Source: an uncultured Candidatus Saccharibacteria bacterium | Lineage (GTDB): Bacteria; Patescibacteriota; Saccharimonadia; Saccharimonadales; UBA4665 | Direction: 5' to 3' | NCBI GenBank assembly: GCA_964439405.1 | Contig: CAYTOC010000003.1 | Coordinates: 20,480 to 84,479, forward strand | DNA: 64,000 bases | Shown here: piece after piece, positions 54,102 to 63,513 of the stretch | Layout of the letters: each line of letters begins with the position of its first letter | How positions within the stretch are numbered: the first letter of the stretch is position 1 | Program-made: the position numbers and the translations under genes | The notes under the pieces: model-generated | The model's database searches: none | What the model saw: only the letters and a program-made list of their open reading frames with translations | What the model was told of the DNA's origin: nothing

Positions 54102-54911
54102 ATGAAAGTACTAAACGGTTCAGATCTCGCTGGTTTTATTAAAGAGCGGCAAGCACAACAGGTGCGCGGATTGCGTCAAGCACAGGATATTTTTCCGAAG
54201 CTGGCAATCATTGTGACGATTGACCATCCAGCAATCGATGTATATGTGCGGATGAAGCAACGATACGGGGCAGATGTCTTGGTTGATGTTGAAGTGCACC
54301 GCGTAGACCAGGAAGCGGTACCTGCGCTGATTAAACAATTGAACGCAGATGACGCGGTACATGGCATTATTGTGCAGTTGCCACTTAAAAATCCAGATGC
54401 AACAGATATGATTGTAAATCTCGTGGCACCCGGGAAAGACGTTGATGCACTGGGTAAGGACGCTGCGCTTGACCCTGCAACCCCTATGGCGATTCTATGG
54501 CTACTAGCAGGCTACAATGTGACGCTTACCGGGAAGGAAATTGTATTAGTGGGCCGCGGCAAGCTTGTTGGTGCGCCACTGGAGCAGATGCTGCTCGCTT
54601 CTGGCCAAAATGTACGGGTACTTGATAGTGACGACGATATTGCCGCTGGGCTTAAAACCGCTGATATCATTGTGACTGCCACGGGCGTGCCTAGTTTGAT
54701 TACGGCAGACATGATCAAGCAGGGCGCTGTTGTAGTGGACGCTGGTACGGCGAGCGAGCAGGGCAAGATTGTCGGCGATTTGGCATCTGATGTGTATGAG
54801 CGTGATGATCTGACGATTACACCTACCAAGGGGGGTGTAGGCCCGCTAACAATCTGCGCTTTATTTGATAACGTTATCCGCGCCGCACGAGCAAAGATTA
54901 CGGAAGAATAG
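54102..54911 (+). CDS. folD: bifunctional methylene-THF dehydrogenase/cyclohydrolase FolD
   Basis: HGIIVQLPL, VGRGKLVGAPL and GGVGPLT. ATG 54102 lies 9 nt after TATAAT. Confidence 0.95.
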   Translation: MKVLNGSDLAGFIKERQAQQVRGLRQAQDIFPKLAIIVTIDHPAIDVYVRMKQRYGADVLVDVEVHRVDQEAVPALIKQLNADDAVHGIIVQLPLKNPDATDMIVNLVAPGKDVDALGKDAALDPATPMAILWLLAGYNVTLTGKEIVLVGRGKLVGAPLEQMLLASGQNVRVLDSDDDIAAGLKTADIIVTATGVPSLITADMIKQGAVVVDAGTASEQGKIVGDLASDVYERDDLTITPTKGGVGPLTICALFDNVIRAARAKITEE

Positions 54912-54912
54912 C

Positions 54913-55560
54913 ATGAAGATTGGCGTATTCGACTCCGGAGTCGGTGGCCTCAGTGTTGCGAATGCGATTGCGAAGGCAATGCCAAATCTGGAAATTGATT
55001 ACCGTGAGGATCGCGATCATGTTCCATATGGCACGAAGTCCATGAGTGAGGTCTATGGCTATGTACTGCCCATATTGCAATCCATGGTCGCCAATGACGC
55101 AAAGATAATCGTCATCGCCTGCAACACCGTAACCACGAATCTTATCGACCAACTACGCACAGAACTTGCAGTGCCACTTATTGGCATGGAGCCAATGATT
55201 AAGCCTGCAGGTGCCCTTACGAAAACGGGCATAATTGCTGTCTGTGCCACGCCAGCTACCTTGAGTAGCCATCGTTATAAATCACTGAAGTCAAAGTATG
55301 CTCACCATATCAACATTCTTGAGCCGGACTGTAGCGATTGGGCGGCAATGATAGAAGATAACGCTATAAACCAAACCGTACTCGCGCAGCGTATTGAGTC
55401 CGCTATTGCTGCAGGTGCCGATGTCATCGTGCTTGGATGCACGCACTATCACTGGGTAGAAGAAGAAATACGTGAGATTGCCGCTGGTAGGGCTACGGTG
55501 CTCCAGCCGGAAGTACCTGTTATTGAGCAGCTTCAGCGAGTGCTTGCACGGCTTTCTTGA
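54913..55560 (+). CDS. murI: glutamate racemase MurI (short form)
   Basis: MKIGVFDSGVGGLSV, IVIACNT and LGCTHY. Confidence 0.88.
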   Translation: MKIGVFDSGVGGLSVANAIAKAMPNLEIDYREDRDHVPYGTKSMSEVYGYVLPILQSMVANDAKIIVIACNTVTTNLIDQLRTELAVPLIGMEPMIKPAGALTKTGIIAVCATPATLSSHRYKSLKSKYAHHINILEPDCSDWAAMIEDNAINQTVLAQRIESAIAAGADVIVLGCTHYHWVEEEIREIAAGRATVLQPEVPVIEQLQRVLARLS

Positions 55561-56833
55561 ACTGGTTGCCGCGATCTTTATAATCCTTAAAAAGTCCGAA
55601 GCTGGCACAGCCGGTAGACAGTAAGATTACATCGCCGTCCTTTGCCGCTTGCCGTGCTGCAGCAACAATCTCTGTCATGGTAGTTCCGCCAGTAATGATT
55701 TGCCCTTGAAAGTCGGTAGCGCGCAGTTCATCTGCGATTCTTGCGCCGGTATTGCCAATCACAACAACTGCTCGTACGTTGTTTGCCGCAACTGCAGCCG
55801 CGAGCTCAGTAAATGGGGTGCCTTTATCTGACCCGCCCAAGATTACTACTTTTGGTTCTTTGAACGCCTGGACTGCTACAATCGCCGTTTCTGGTGTCGT
55901 GCCAAAACTATCGTCGTAGTACCGTATGCCACCTTGTTCGGCTACAAACTCAAGCCGGTGGGGCAGGCCCGTAAATGTCGTGACTGCTGCATGGATTGCT
56001 TCGATATCCATAACACCTGCTTGCCAGGCGGCGGTTATGGCGGCGCAGACATTTTGCCAGTTATGTGCACCCAGAATCTGCAGTTCATCCGTCCGGCAAA
56101 TAGGCTGGTCATCTATTTTGATGACACCATTCTCCTCATATGCCCCAGGTGGGGCAAAGTAGGATAGTTTATCGCCAGAACTATGACTGGCAATCTCATG
56201 AGAGTCTTCGCTGTCCGCAAAATAAATTGCGATATCTGAGGCTTTTTGGTTACTAAAAAGCCGGGCTTTGGCGCCTGCATAGTCGGAAAAATCAGTATGC
56301 CAATTCAAATGCTCAGGTACTATCATTAAGCAAACTGCGATATGAGGTGCATATGCTATGTCGGATAGTTGGAAGCTCGATAACTCTAATACTACCCAAT
56401 CATCTTCCTGCACTTCATCAATGAAAGATAGAGCGGGCACGCCGATGTTGCCGCCCAGAAAAACGCGTCTTCCACTCATTTTGAGAATTTTAGCAAGTAG
56501 CGTGGAAGTTGTGCCTTTGCCCTTTGTACCCGTGACACCAATGATATTTTTTGTGGCAGTAGCCTTAAAAAACTCATTCGTACCCGAGGTGATTTTATCT
56601 GCAACATTTGGATTTTTCTCTAGAATCTTTGCTGTCTGCAGCCCAGGTGTCCGCACCAGCAAATCAAATTTGTCCAGGTTATCGAGATACTGTTTGCCGA
56701 GTTGCGTCTGTGCCTCGACCGGTACGCTTAGCTGCTCATTTTGGTCACAGATGGCGATCGTATGGCCTTGCTTTAAAAAGTAGTCATATGAAGCCCGACC
56801 CTCTACATCAAATCCTAAAATTGCGACATTCAC
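55520..56833 (-). CDS. murD: UDP-N-acetylmuramoylalanine--D-glutamate ligase MurD
   Basis: GVTGTKGKGTTSTLL and GLPHRLEF. Its 3' end overlaps the murI 3' end by 41 nt (convergent). Confidence 0.9.
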   Translation of the reverse strand: MNVAILGFDVEGRASYDYFLKQGHTIAICDQNEQLSVPVEAQTQLGKQYLDNLDKFDLLVRTPGLQTAKILEKNPNVADKITSGTNEFFKATATKNIIGVTGTKGKGTTSTLLAKILKMSGRRVFLGGNIGVPALSFIDEVQEDDWVVLELSSFQLSDIAYAPHIAVCLMIVPEHLNWHTDFSDYAGAKARLFSNQKASDIAIYFADSEDSHEIASHSSGDKLSYFAPPGAYEENGVIKIDDQPICRTDELQILGAHNWQNVCAAITAAWQAGVMDIEAIHAAVTTFTGLPHRLEFVAEQGGIRYYDDSFGTTPETAIVAVQAFKEPKVVILGGSDKGTPFTELAAAVAANNVRAVVVIGNTGARIADELRATDFQGQIITGGTTMTEIVAAARQAAKDGDVILLSTGCASFGLFKDYKDRGNQFKKAVQALAEAAQ

Positions 56834-56838
56834 GCAAA

Positions 56839-57204
56839 TTACTCCAGGTGCTTTTTAACGAGTTCAGCAACTTGTCGTGGCGTCATATCCGCTTTCGCAA
56901 TGACTGTGAGCACGCCGAGTTCTTTGATTTTGGGCGGTATCTCTTGCTCGCCCATGTTGGTCAGGATAATAACTTTCGTGTTTTTCCCCCAATCACTGGC
57001 GCGCAGCTTCTCAAGCATTTCGTCACCGTTCATCTCCGGCATCATGAGATCAAGCAGGATAATATCCGGGCGCATCGTTTCGGCGAGCTCTAAACCAAGC
57101 TGACCGTTCTCTGCCGTTTCAACCTCATAGCCTTCAGCTTGAAATTTCATCAAGTACATCTGAGATATAGCGGCATCATCTTCAATAATTGCAATCTTTG
57201 TCAT
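56839..57204 (-). CDS. receiver-only (CheY-like) response regulator
   Basis: IAIIEDD...DIILLDLMMPEMNG...ILTN. No output domain. TGcTACAAT lies 6 nt upstream of the ATG. Confidence 0.9.
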   Translation of the reverse strand: MTKIAIIEDDAAISQMYLMKFQAEGYEVETAENGQLGLELAETMRPDIILLDLMMPEMNGDEMLEKLRASDWGKNTKVIILTNMGEQEIPPKIKELGVLTVIAKADMTPRQVAELVKKHLE

Positions 57205-57371
57205 GCACTTATTGTAGCACCATATCTATGCTCTCATGCTCCTTACGGCTAGCATCTTCTTGTGAACCTGCCGCCCACTCGCTTGATTAAGAGAATGCCT
57301 CGTGATACGCTGCTAGCAGAGATTAGCACTTAAGCTATACAGACATAAAACAAAAACTCTCTAATAGTTAC

Positions 57372-58130
57372 ATGTACACATTGCCAAACCACGAGATTAT
57401 ACCCGAGGTTACCTCGCCAGTATTCCAGGCGCACCCTGAAGCGGTTTTTGCGGCCGGGTTATTGGCGGTGGGGGGTGAAGTTCGTCCAGGTCTTGAGCAT
57501 GCATACACTGGCTATTTAAAGCTGCGCGCAAATGTGTATGGACGTCAAACGGGGCTCGTCGGAGCTGATCATATTACCGAGAGCGGGCTTGAGGTTGATC
57601 AGGATGATGCACGTTCGGCTCACTTTGGTATTCTTGAAAACGTAGGGAATGGTCATCAGCGGGTAGTTGGCTCAATGCGTATTATTACCAAAAATACGGA
57701 TGCTGAAGCGCCATTACCAACCGAAGCATACTTTGCCGAAGAATTTCAGGACCATAATGTACCAGCAGGTAAAAGTGAACTGTCACGATATATTCTGCGG
57801 CACGAAGTTACGCGTACCCAAGACAGGCTTAAATGGCCTCTGTATAAAGCAGTTACGGCATTTGTACTGGCTGAGAGTCTAGAGCCGACATATTGCGTAA
57901 TTGAGTCAGAGCTGGAGAGAAACTTTAAGGCTAATCGATTACCCGTAAGCCGCGTCACTGAGGCAAAAGCAATCGAAGATTACGACAATACGATAAACGC
58001 CGCAGTTCGCGTTGATATGACTCAGCTCGGTCGTATGCTGGGCATAGACGACGGATCCGCACAAGAGCTCGCATACGGCTTCAGCTTTTATGATGAGCAT
58101 CTGCGAAACGTTGATAAATACGCTGCGTAA
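57372..58130 (+). CDS. GNAT-fold N-acyltransferase of the LuxI / FeeM (N-acyl amino acid synthase) type
   Basis: YLKLRANVYGRQTGLV...GLEVDQDDARSAHFGIL...VVGSMRII...ELSRYIL matches the Acetyltransf_5/autoinducer-synthase-like pattern by eye. Confidence 0.55.
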   Translation: MYTLPNHEIIPEVTSPVFQAHPEAVFAAGLLAVGGEVRPGLEHAYTGYLKLRANVYGRQTGLVGADHITESGLEVDQDDARSAHFGILENVGNGHQRVVGSMRIITKNTDAEAPLPTEAYFAEEFQDHNVPAGKSELSRYILRHEVTRTQDRLKWPLYKAVTAFVLAESLEPTYCVIESELERNFKANRLPVSRVTEAKAIEDYDNTINAAVRVDMTQLGRMLGIDDGSAQELAYGFSFYDEHLRNVDKYAA

Positions 58131-58148
58131 TGTCATGATAGTCAACCA

Positions 58149-59105
58149 ATGAGAGATATAAACTCACCTGAATTAGCGCGTAACTACGGCTTCTGGAACG
58201 AAGACGAACAACGTGCCCTGCTAGCTGCTCGTGTAGCAATCGCGGGCGTCGGAGGGGATGGCTATCAACTTGGTCTTAAGCTAGCTCAGCAAGGTGTACA
58301 GAATTTCTCCATAGCTGATCCTGAGGTATTTGAACCGGAGAACACTAACCGCGTTCCGGGTGCAAAACAGTCAACGTATGGCATGAATAAAGCAGAGGGT
58401 TTCCGTCAAGAATTGTTTGATATTAACCCCGAGGCGAAGGTGCGGATTTTTACTGAAGGTGTCACGCAGGATAACGTAGCGGACTTTATGAGCGGCGCCA
58501 CACTGCTGCTTGATGAGTCCGAACTAACCAAACCGGCTATTGGCACCATGCTTGCGCGGCAAGCGCGCAGGCAAAATATACCGAATCTGCTTGTCATGAA
58601 CATAGGATTTGCAGCACAAGCAACATCATTTGGTCCTCAGGCAAGGGCAACGTTTGAGCGTTTTATGGGTGTTCCAGACGGTATGCCGATTGACGAAATT
58701 AACGAAGCGGTTAGTGTTGATCTCAGCCGCTGCATAGCCTATATCCCGCCGTATCTTGATCTCAGAACATTCCGTTCCGTCGTTGAATCTGCTGGCGTGG
58801 ACTCTGACGTACACGTGCCGTTGCCGTCTATCGCTCAAGGTGTTGATGTTGCTGCAGGGCTTGGCGGTGCTCAAGCTTTCTTGCATATAGTTCGCGGCAT
58901 TAAAAATCACCGGCCCGAGCCAGTATGGTTCCCTAAAGTGGCATATATGGATGCCTATAACGTAAAAAGTGGCGTAACACGTTTTCCGCGCCTGTCGCAT
59001 AAAGCTTTCCTACTCAGAGCTTTGGCAAAAAATACTGCCGGCATAAACCCCCGTGCAAGCTACACACTAGAAGACATCCAGCGGCGTCAATCTAACGCGC
59101 GCTAA
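58149..59105 (+). CDS. ThiF/MoeB/HesA-family E1-like adenylyltransferase
   Basis: RVAIAGVGGDGYQLGLKLAQQGVQNFSIADPEVFEPENTNR and LLLDESE (Rossmann GxGxxG + Asp). Confidence 0.8.
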   Translation: MRDINSPELARNYGFWNEDEQRALLAARVAIAGVGGDGYQLGLKLAQQGVQNFSIADPEVFEPENTNRVPGAKQSTYGMNKAEGFRQELFDINPEAKVRIFTEGVTQDNVADFMSGATLLLDESELTKPAIGTMLARQARRQNIPNLLVMNIGFAAQATSFGPQARATFERFMGVPDGMPIDEINEAVSVDLSRCIAYIPPYLDLRTFRSVVESAGVDSDVHVPLPSIAQGVDVAAGLGGAQAFLHIVRGIKNHRPEPVWFPKVAYMDAYNVKSGVTRFPRLSHKAFLLRALAKNTAGINPRASYTLEDIQRRQSNAR

Positions 59106-59152
59106 GGTACCGTCTATTCTCATCGAGGCTCAGAGGTAGTAAGATAGTGGTA

Positions 59153-61339
59153 ATGCTTTTCTATCTGCTCGCTAATACCGTTGTTGTTGCGCTTCTTATT
59201 ACGCTGAGTATAGCCGTAGGGCTCAGGGGCATGTCGCAGAAAATTAATCGTACCTTTGTCTATTTTGCGCTGTCTTTAAGTACCTGGATAACTGCAAACT
59301 ACGTCAGTAATGATACAAGCCTTTCCCCCGAGGCTGCCCTTATACCGAATTACGTAGTGTTCTTTAGCAGCTATGTGGCCATGGTATTTTTGCTACGTTT
59401 TATTATTCTCGTGGCCGGCAACAGGCCTGCAGAACAGTGGTTTAAGCGGCTGTTGATACCAATTATCGCCGTTGCAGTTATCGCACCAACGCCGCTCGTG
59501 GTGGGCGGGGTCGAACAACAGGGAAATCTCTATGCAATTACATTTGGTCCGCTCGCACCAGTCTACTTTATTGCGCTGCTTGCGGTGATTATATGGGGCT
59601 TGGTGCTGCTTTATGTGAGCCACCGGCGGGCCACCGGCGCTACTCGGGCAAGACTGCATGCCATATTGCTTAGCTGGGCTTGGACATTGCCGGTGGCATT
59701 ACTGGCAAACGTCATTTTGCCTGTTATGACTGGCTGGTTTGGCCTCTCTAACCTCGGTGTTCTGCCGTTGTTTATCTTAGTCTTCGGGCTATATTATGCC
59801 GTATCACGGCACCGGCTTTTTGATATCCGTTTGGTATTAGTGCGGTCGCTTGGCTATGCCTTATCAATAGGCATGCTCGCACTACTTTACGCTGCTGTTA
59901 TCTTTGGTTTACTCACATTTGTGTTTAAACTCAGCGTGCCTTTAGCCGACCAGTTAATTATTTCTGTGTTCATTGCCCTAATCACGCTGCTATTTCAGCC
60001 CATTAAAAACTTTTTCAACCGCGTAACAAAGCAGCTGTTTTATCGCGATGCGTATGACATGCGTGAACTAGTGGATCAGCTGAACCAAATTTTTATGAGT
60101 ACGGTGCAACTCGATATGCTGCTGTCAAAAACTGCCATAGTGCTTGCCGACACCGTCAAAGCCAAAGACATTTTGATAGGCCTCGATATACATACGGGTC
60201 GTGATGCTTCGTATTACAGTACAAGGAAACGTCCGGCCCCGGTTGCTGAATTAAAAGCACTCAAAGAATATATGGCAACAACGGGCATGGAAGTGCTTCT
60301 TATTGATGACTTACCACCCGAGCACGCAGAGCTAAAAGACGCGTGTCTTACAAAAGATATCGCATTACTTGCTCGGGTAACAGATGATCATCATACAGCC
60401 GAAGGTGCAGTAGGTTATATTATTTTCGGGCCAAAAAAGAGCGGCAACAGCTATTCCCGGCAGGATGCAGATATGGCGAGTACGGTCGCGAAAGAGTTGT
60501 ATCTTGGCGTCAGGAATGCTTCGCAGTTTGAAGAGATTCAACAATTTACCGTCACGCTGCAAGAAAAGGTAGAGGAAGCTACAGCGCAGCTTCGTCGTAC
60601 CAATGAGAAACTCAAGGCGCTCGACGAGACCAAAGATGATTTCATCAGTATGGCCTCCCACCAACTGCGTACGCCGCTGACAAGTGTTAAAGGTTATCTG
60701 AGTATGGTGCTTGAAGGCGATGCAGGCAAACTAACTGAGCCGCAGAAGAAGATGCTGACTCAGGCGTACGTCAGTAGCCAACGCATGACCTACGTTATTT
60801 CAGATTTGCTAAATGTATCACGGCTTAAAACGGGTAAATTTGTGGTTGAACTTTCGCCTGTTAATCTGGCTGAAATGGTGCAACAGGAGCTTGCGCAGCT
60901 TGAGGAAGCCGCCAGAGCGCGCAGTATTAATTTATCGTTCACCCAGCCGGATTCATTGCCGTCGCTGCAACTTGATGAAACAAAAACGCGCCAGGTCATT
61001 ATGAATTTTGTCGACAATGCAATCTACTACACCCAGCCAGGCGGCAATATTGAGATTGCCGTGACTGAGAGTGATAAAGCCGTACAGCTGACAGTCACGG
61101 ATACCGGTATTGGTGTGCCAAAATCCATGCAGCATAAGTTGTTTACGAAGTTCTACCGGGCGCCGAACGCCAAAAGTGCCCGACCAGATGGTACGGGTTT
61201 GGGGCTGTTCATGGCCAAGAAGGCTGTCGTTGCGCAAGGCGGTGCAATTATCTTCAAGAGCGAAGAAGGTAAGGGCAGTACCTTCGGGTTTAGTTTTCCT
61301 AAAGACGCGGCTCCTACAGGATCACAAGTTTTTGCATAA
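59153..61339 (+). CDS. sensor histidine kinase with a ~7-TM N-terminal domain
   Basis: Multi-TM N-terminus, HisKA FISMASHQLRTPLT and HATPase TDTGIGV...GTGLGL. Start is either GTG 59147 or ATG 59153. Confidence 0.9.
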   Translation: MLFYLLANTVVVALLITLSIAVGLRGMSQKINRTFVYFALSLSTWITANYVSNDTSLSPEAALIPNYVVFFSSYVAMVFLLRFIILVAGNRPAEQWFKRLLIPIIAVAVIAPTPLVVGGVEQQGNLYAITFGPLAPVYFIALLAVIIWGLVLLYVSHRRATGATRARLHAILLSWAWTLPVALLANVILPVMTGWFGLSNLGVLPLFILVFGLYYAVSRHRLFDIRLVLVRSLGYALSIGMLALLYAAVIFGLLTFVFKLSVPLADQLIISVFIALITLLFQPIKNFFNRVTKQLFYRDAYDMRELVDQLNQIFMSTVQLDMLLSKTAIVLADTVKAKDILIGLDIHTGRDASYYSTRKRPAPVAELKALKEYMATTGMEVLLIDDLPPEHAELKDACLTKDIALLARVTDDHHTAEGAVGYIIFGPKKSGNSYSRQDADMASTVAKELYLGVRNASQFEEIQQFTVTLQEKVEEATAQLRRTNEKLKALDETKDDFISMASHQLRTPLTSVKGYLSMVLEGDAGKLTEPQKKMLTQAYVSSQRMTYVISDLLNVSRLKTGKFVVELSPVNLAEMVQQELAQLEEAARARSINLSFTQPDSLPSLQLDETKTRQVIMNFVDNAIYYTQPGGNIEIAVTESDKAVQLTVTDTGIGVPKSMQHKLFTKFYRAPNAKSARPDGTGLGLFMAKKAVVAQGGAIIFKSEEGKGSTFGFSFPKDAAPTGSQVFA

Positions 61340-61401
61340 ATAGCACAAAAGTAGTTTTATATATTGACAAAAAGCTCATGTTATGGTAACATTAGAGCAT
61401 C

Positions 61402-62484
61402 ATGTCAGATTTTGTACAAGGCACTATAGAACGAACTGGAGAAAGCTTTGCGAATCTCCTAACGACTCAGGCGGAACAGCCGTGGGTTGTTGTCGGTGTG
61501 GGTGCAGCCGCAGTTGCGAGTGTGCTAGCCGTGCATCTGAAGGAGCGCCATGCACAGCCACAATTTGCTATTGAGTCACCAAACCCAGCTGCGCTTGAGT
61601 ACGCGCTGCAAAACACAAAAACTGGCGAACGCGATGCAGCGGTGACCAAAGCGGCTTTTCGCCGTGAATTCTGGCCAAAGGCGGCTGCACTGACCGGTGC
61701 GGGTCTTATTGTCGCAAACGCTTTTGGGGGTATTAGCTACGAAACGGTAGAGCCCAATGAAGATGCGAATACGATTGTTGTGCTTGACGCCAATTACGCT
61801 ATGGGCGCAGAAGATCTAGGCCAAAGTGGTATTTCACGTCACGATGCGGTGCTAAGTGGTCTTGAAGCGGCTACAAACGTGACTCCTGGCAGTGTCGGTG
61901 TGCTTGAAACAGCGGCGAACGCAGAGGTACGGATACCAGTTGGTAATACATGGGCAGAGCAGTTGTCATTGCTTGAAGAACCTATTGTGAACCAAAACGG
62001 TACACAACTACACATTGATACGGCGCTTTCGTTGTTACCGCAAACGGGAGAGTTAGTTGACGAAACGCCGCAGCGCGATGGGTCAATTGTAATTATTACG
62101 AGTGGTATTGCGGCAAATGCCGAGTCACTCGCTGCTAGTGCAGAGAAACTGGCTGCAGAGGGTGTAGATGCGCATGTAGTAATTACTGGTACGACCGGTG
62201 AAGGCGCAACGTATAGTGTCGCGGGTGGTGCGCCAGTAGCCGCACCAGCAAATGTCGCGCCATTTATAGAGGCATTTGGTGATGACGCAGTGCATCAGGC
62301 GACATCAGTAGAAGAAGTAGAGACGGCCGTTGTGGCCGCTCTTGAAGATAGTTCAAGCATTGAGACGAAGCAGCCTTCGCTAGCAGTTGGTGCACTTGGC
62401 GCTGCGTTACTTGCGAGTAGCCTGGGCTGGTTCGTTGCACGTGGATCTACAGTGGCAGCTAAGTTTAAGCGGAAGAAGAATTAA
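61402..62484 (+). CDS. membrane protein with vWA-like domain (degenerate MIDAS) and C-terminal TM + basic tail
   Basis: IVVLDANYAMG and SIVIITSGIA resemble vWA strands. Positioned upstream of moxR and the DUF58 gene. Confidence 0.45.
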   Translation: MSDFVQGTIERTGESFANLLTTQAEQPWVVVGVGAAAVASVLAVHLKERHAQPQFAIESPNPAALEYALQNTKTGERDAAVTKAAFRREFWPKAAALTGAGLIVANAFGGISYETVEPNEDANTIVVLDANYAMGAEDLGQSGISRHDAVLSGLEAATNVTPGSVGVLETAANAEVRIPVGNTWAEQLSLLEEPIVNQNGTQLHIDTALSLLPQTGELVDETPQRDGSIVIITSGIAANAESLAASAEKLAAEGVDAHVVITGTTGEGATYSVAGGAPVAAPANVAPFIEAFGDDAVHQATSVEEVETAVVAALEDSSSIETKQPSLAVGALGAALLASSLGWFVARGSTVAAKFKRKKN

Positions 62485-62497
62485 AGGAGATTATGAT

Positions 62498-63490
62498 ATG
62501 AGTATTTCACCAGAAGTTGCATTGCGCCGTGAAGCGGCTCAAGTGCTTGGAGAATTAAACGCAGAGATTAGTAAGAACATTATTTTGCCAGACCATGAGC
62601 GAGAAGTGCTTGTCGGTGCATTCGCAATCGGCGCACATATTCTTGACGAAGGTGCTCCAGGTACGGGTAAAACCCACTTGGCAAACACGTTTGGCCGGAT
62701 AGTGGATAATTTTGCAGTTGGACGCGTACAGGGTACACCTGAAACGACATCAAACGACATCATTGGCGTGTCTATACCTCGTGCTGGTACCGGCCGCAGT
62801 GGTGGCTTGCCAAAGTTTGATCTTTTTGAAGGACCGCTTCTTAAAGCAAACCTATTGCATGTTGATGAAGGTAACCGCATGAACACAAGAGTGCAGGCAG
62901 CACTTCTTGAAGGCATGCAAGAAGGTAAGGTTACCGTGTTTGGCCAGGACTATGAGTTGCAGAAACCCTTTGTAACGATGTTTACGCAGAACCCCAATGA
63001 AATTGGGCAAGGCACAAACCCACTGACCAAGGCACAGCGTGACCGCTTTACTGTTTCTGTGGAGCAGCCTGCGCTGAGCGAAGCAGCCATGATAGCTGTT
63101 GATGACCTCAATCACGAACCAGCTGTTGTTGCAGATATTGAGGAGCTTGTAAAGGTTGCCGCCGCTGCACGAACTGTAGAAGTTTCTCGTGAGATGAAAG
63201 AACGAGCCGCACGGCTTGTGGTTGCACTCAGGAGTTTTGAAGGAGTTGATCCACTTGAGAGTACACTTGACGGCGCACGCGGTATTCAACATACACTGCG
63301 TATGGCTCGTGTACGTGCACTCCGCCAGGGCAGGGTTGCAGTGACCCAAGAAGACATCTATAGAACGGCAATGTTTACGCTCCCTCATCGTATTGGTATG
63401 AAATTTGAAGCTGAGAACATAACTTCAAAAGACATCGTTTTTGACGCAATTAGCTCAATCATTAAACCAACACGCCAATCAACTAAGTAA
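62498..63490 (+). CDS. MoxR-like AAA+ ATPase
   Basis: LDEGAPGTGKTHLA, LLHVDEGNRM and NPNEIGQGTNPLTKAQRDRF. AAGGAG SD. Confidence 0.9.
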   Translation: MSISPEVALRREAAQVLGELNAEISKNIILPDHEREVLVGAFAIGAHILDEGAPGTGKTHLANTFGRIVDNFAVGRVQGTPETTSNDIIGVSIPRAGTGRSGGLPKFDLFEGPLLKANLLHVDEGNRMNTRVQAALLEGMQEGKVTVFGQDYELQKPFVTMFTQNPNEIGQGTNPLTKAQRDRFTVSVEQPALSEAAMIAVDDLNHEPAVVADIEELVKVAAAARTVEVSREMKERAARLVVALRSFEGVDPLESTLDGARGIQHTLRMARVRALRQGRVAVTQEDIYRTAMFTLPHRIGMKFEAENITSKDIVFDAISSIIKPTRQSTK

Positions 63491-63513
63491 GTTTCAAGAT
63501 AGGTCTACGCCCT

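Noticed and set aside
57228-57333. Possible precursor peptides for the ThiF-like enzyme: a 20-aa Cys-containing ORF (57228-57290, MLSCSLRLASSCEPAAHSLD) and a 12-aa ORF (57295-57333, MPRDTLLAEIST).
   Set aside because: Neither has a ribosome-binding site or a plausible promoter arrangement. Both lie in the divergent promoter region of the response regulator. There is no support beyond being open frames.
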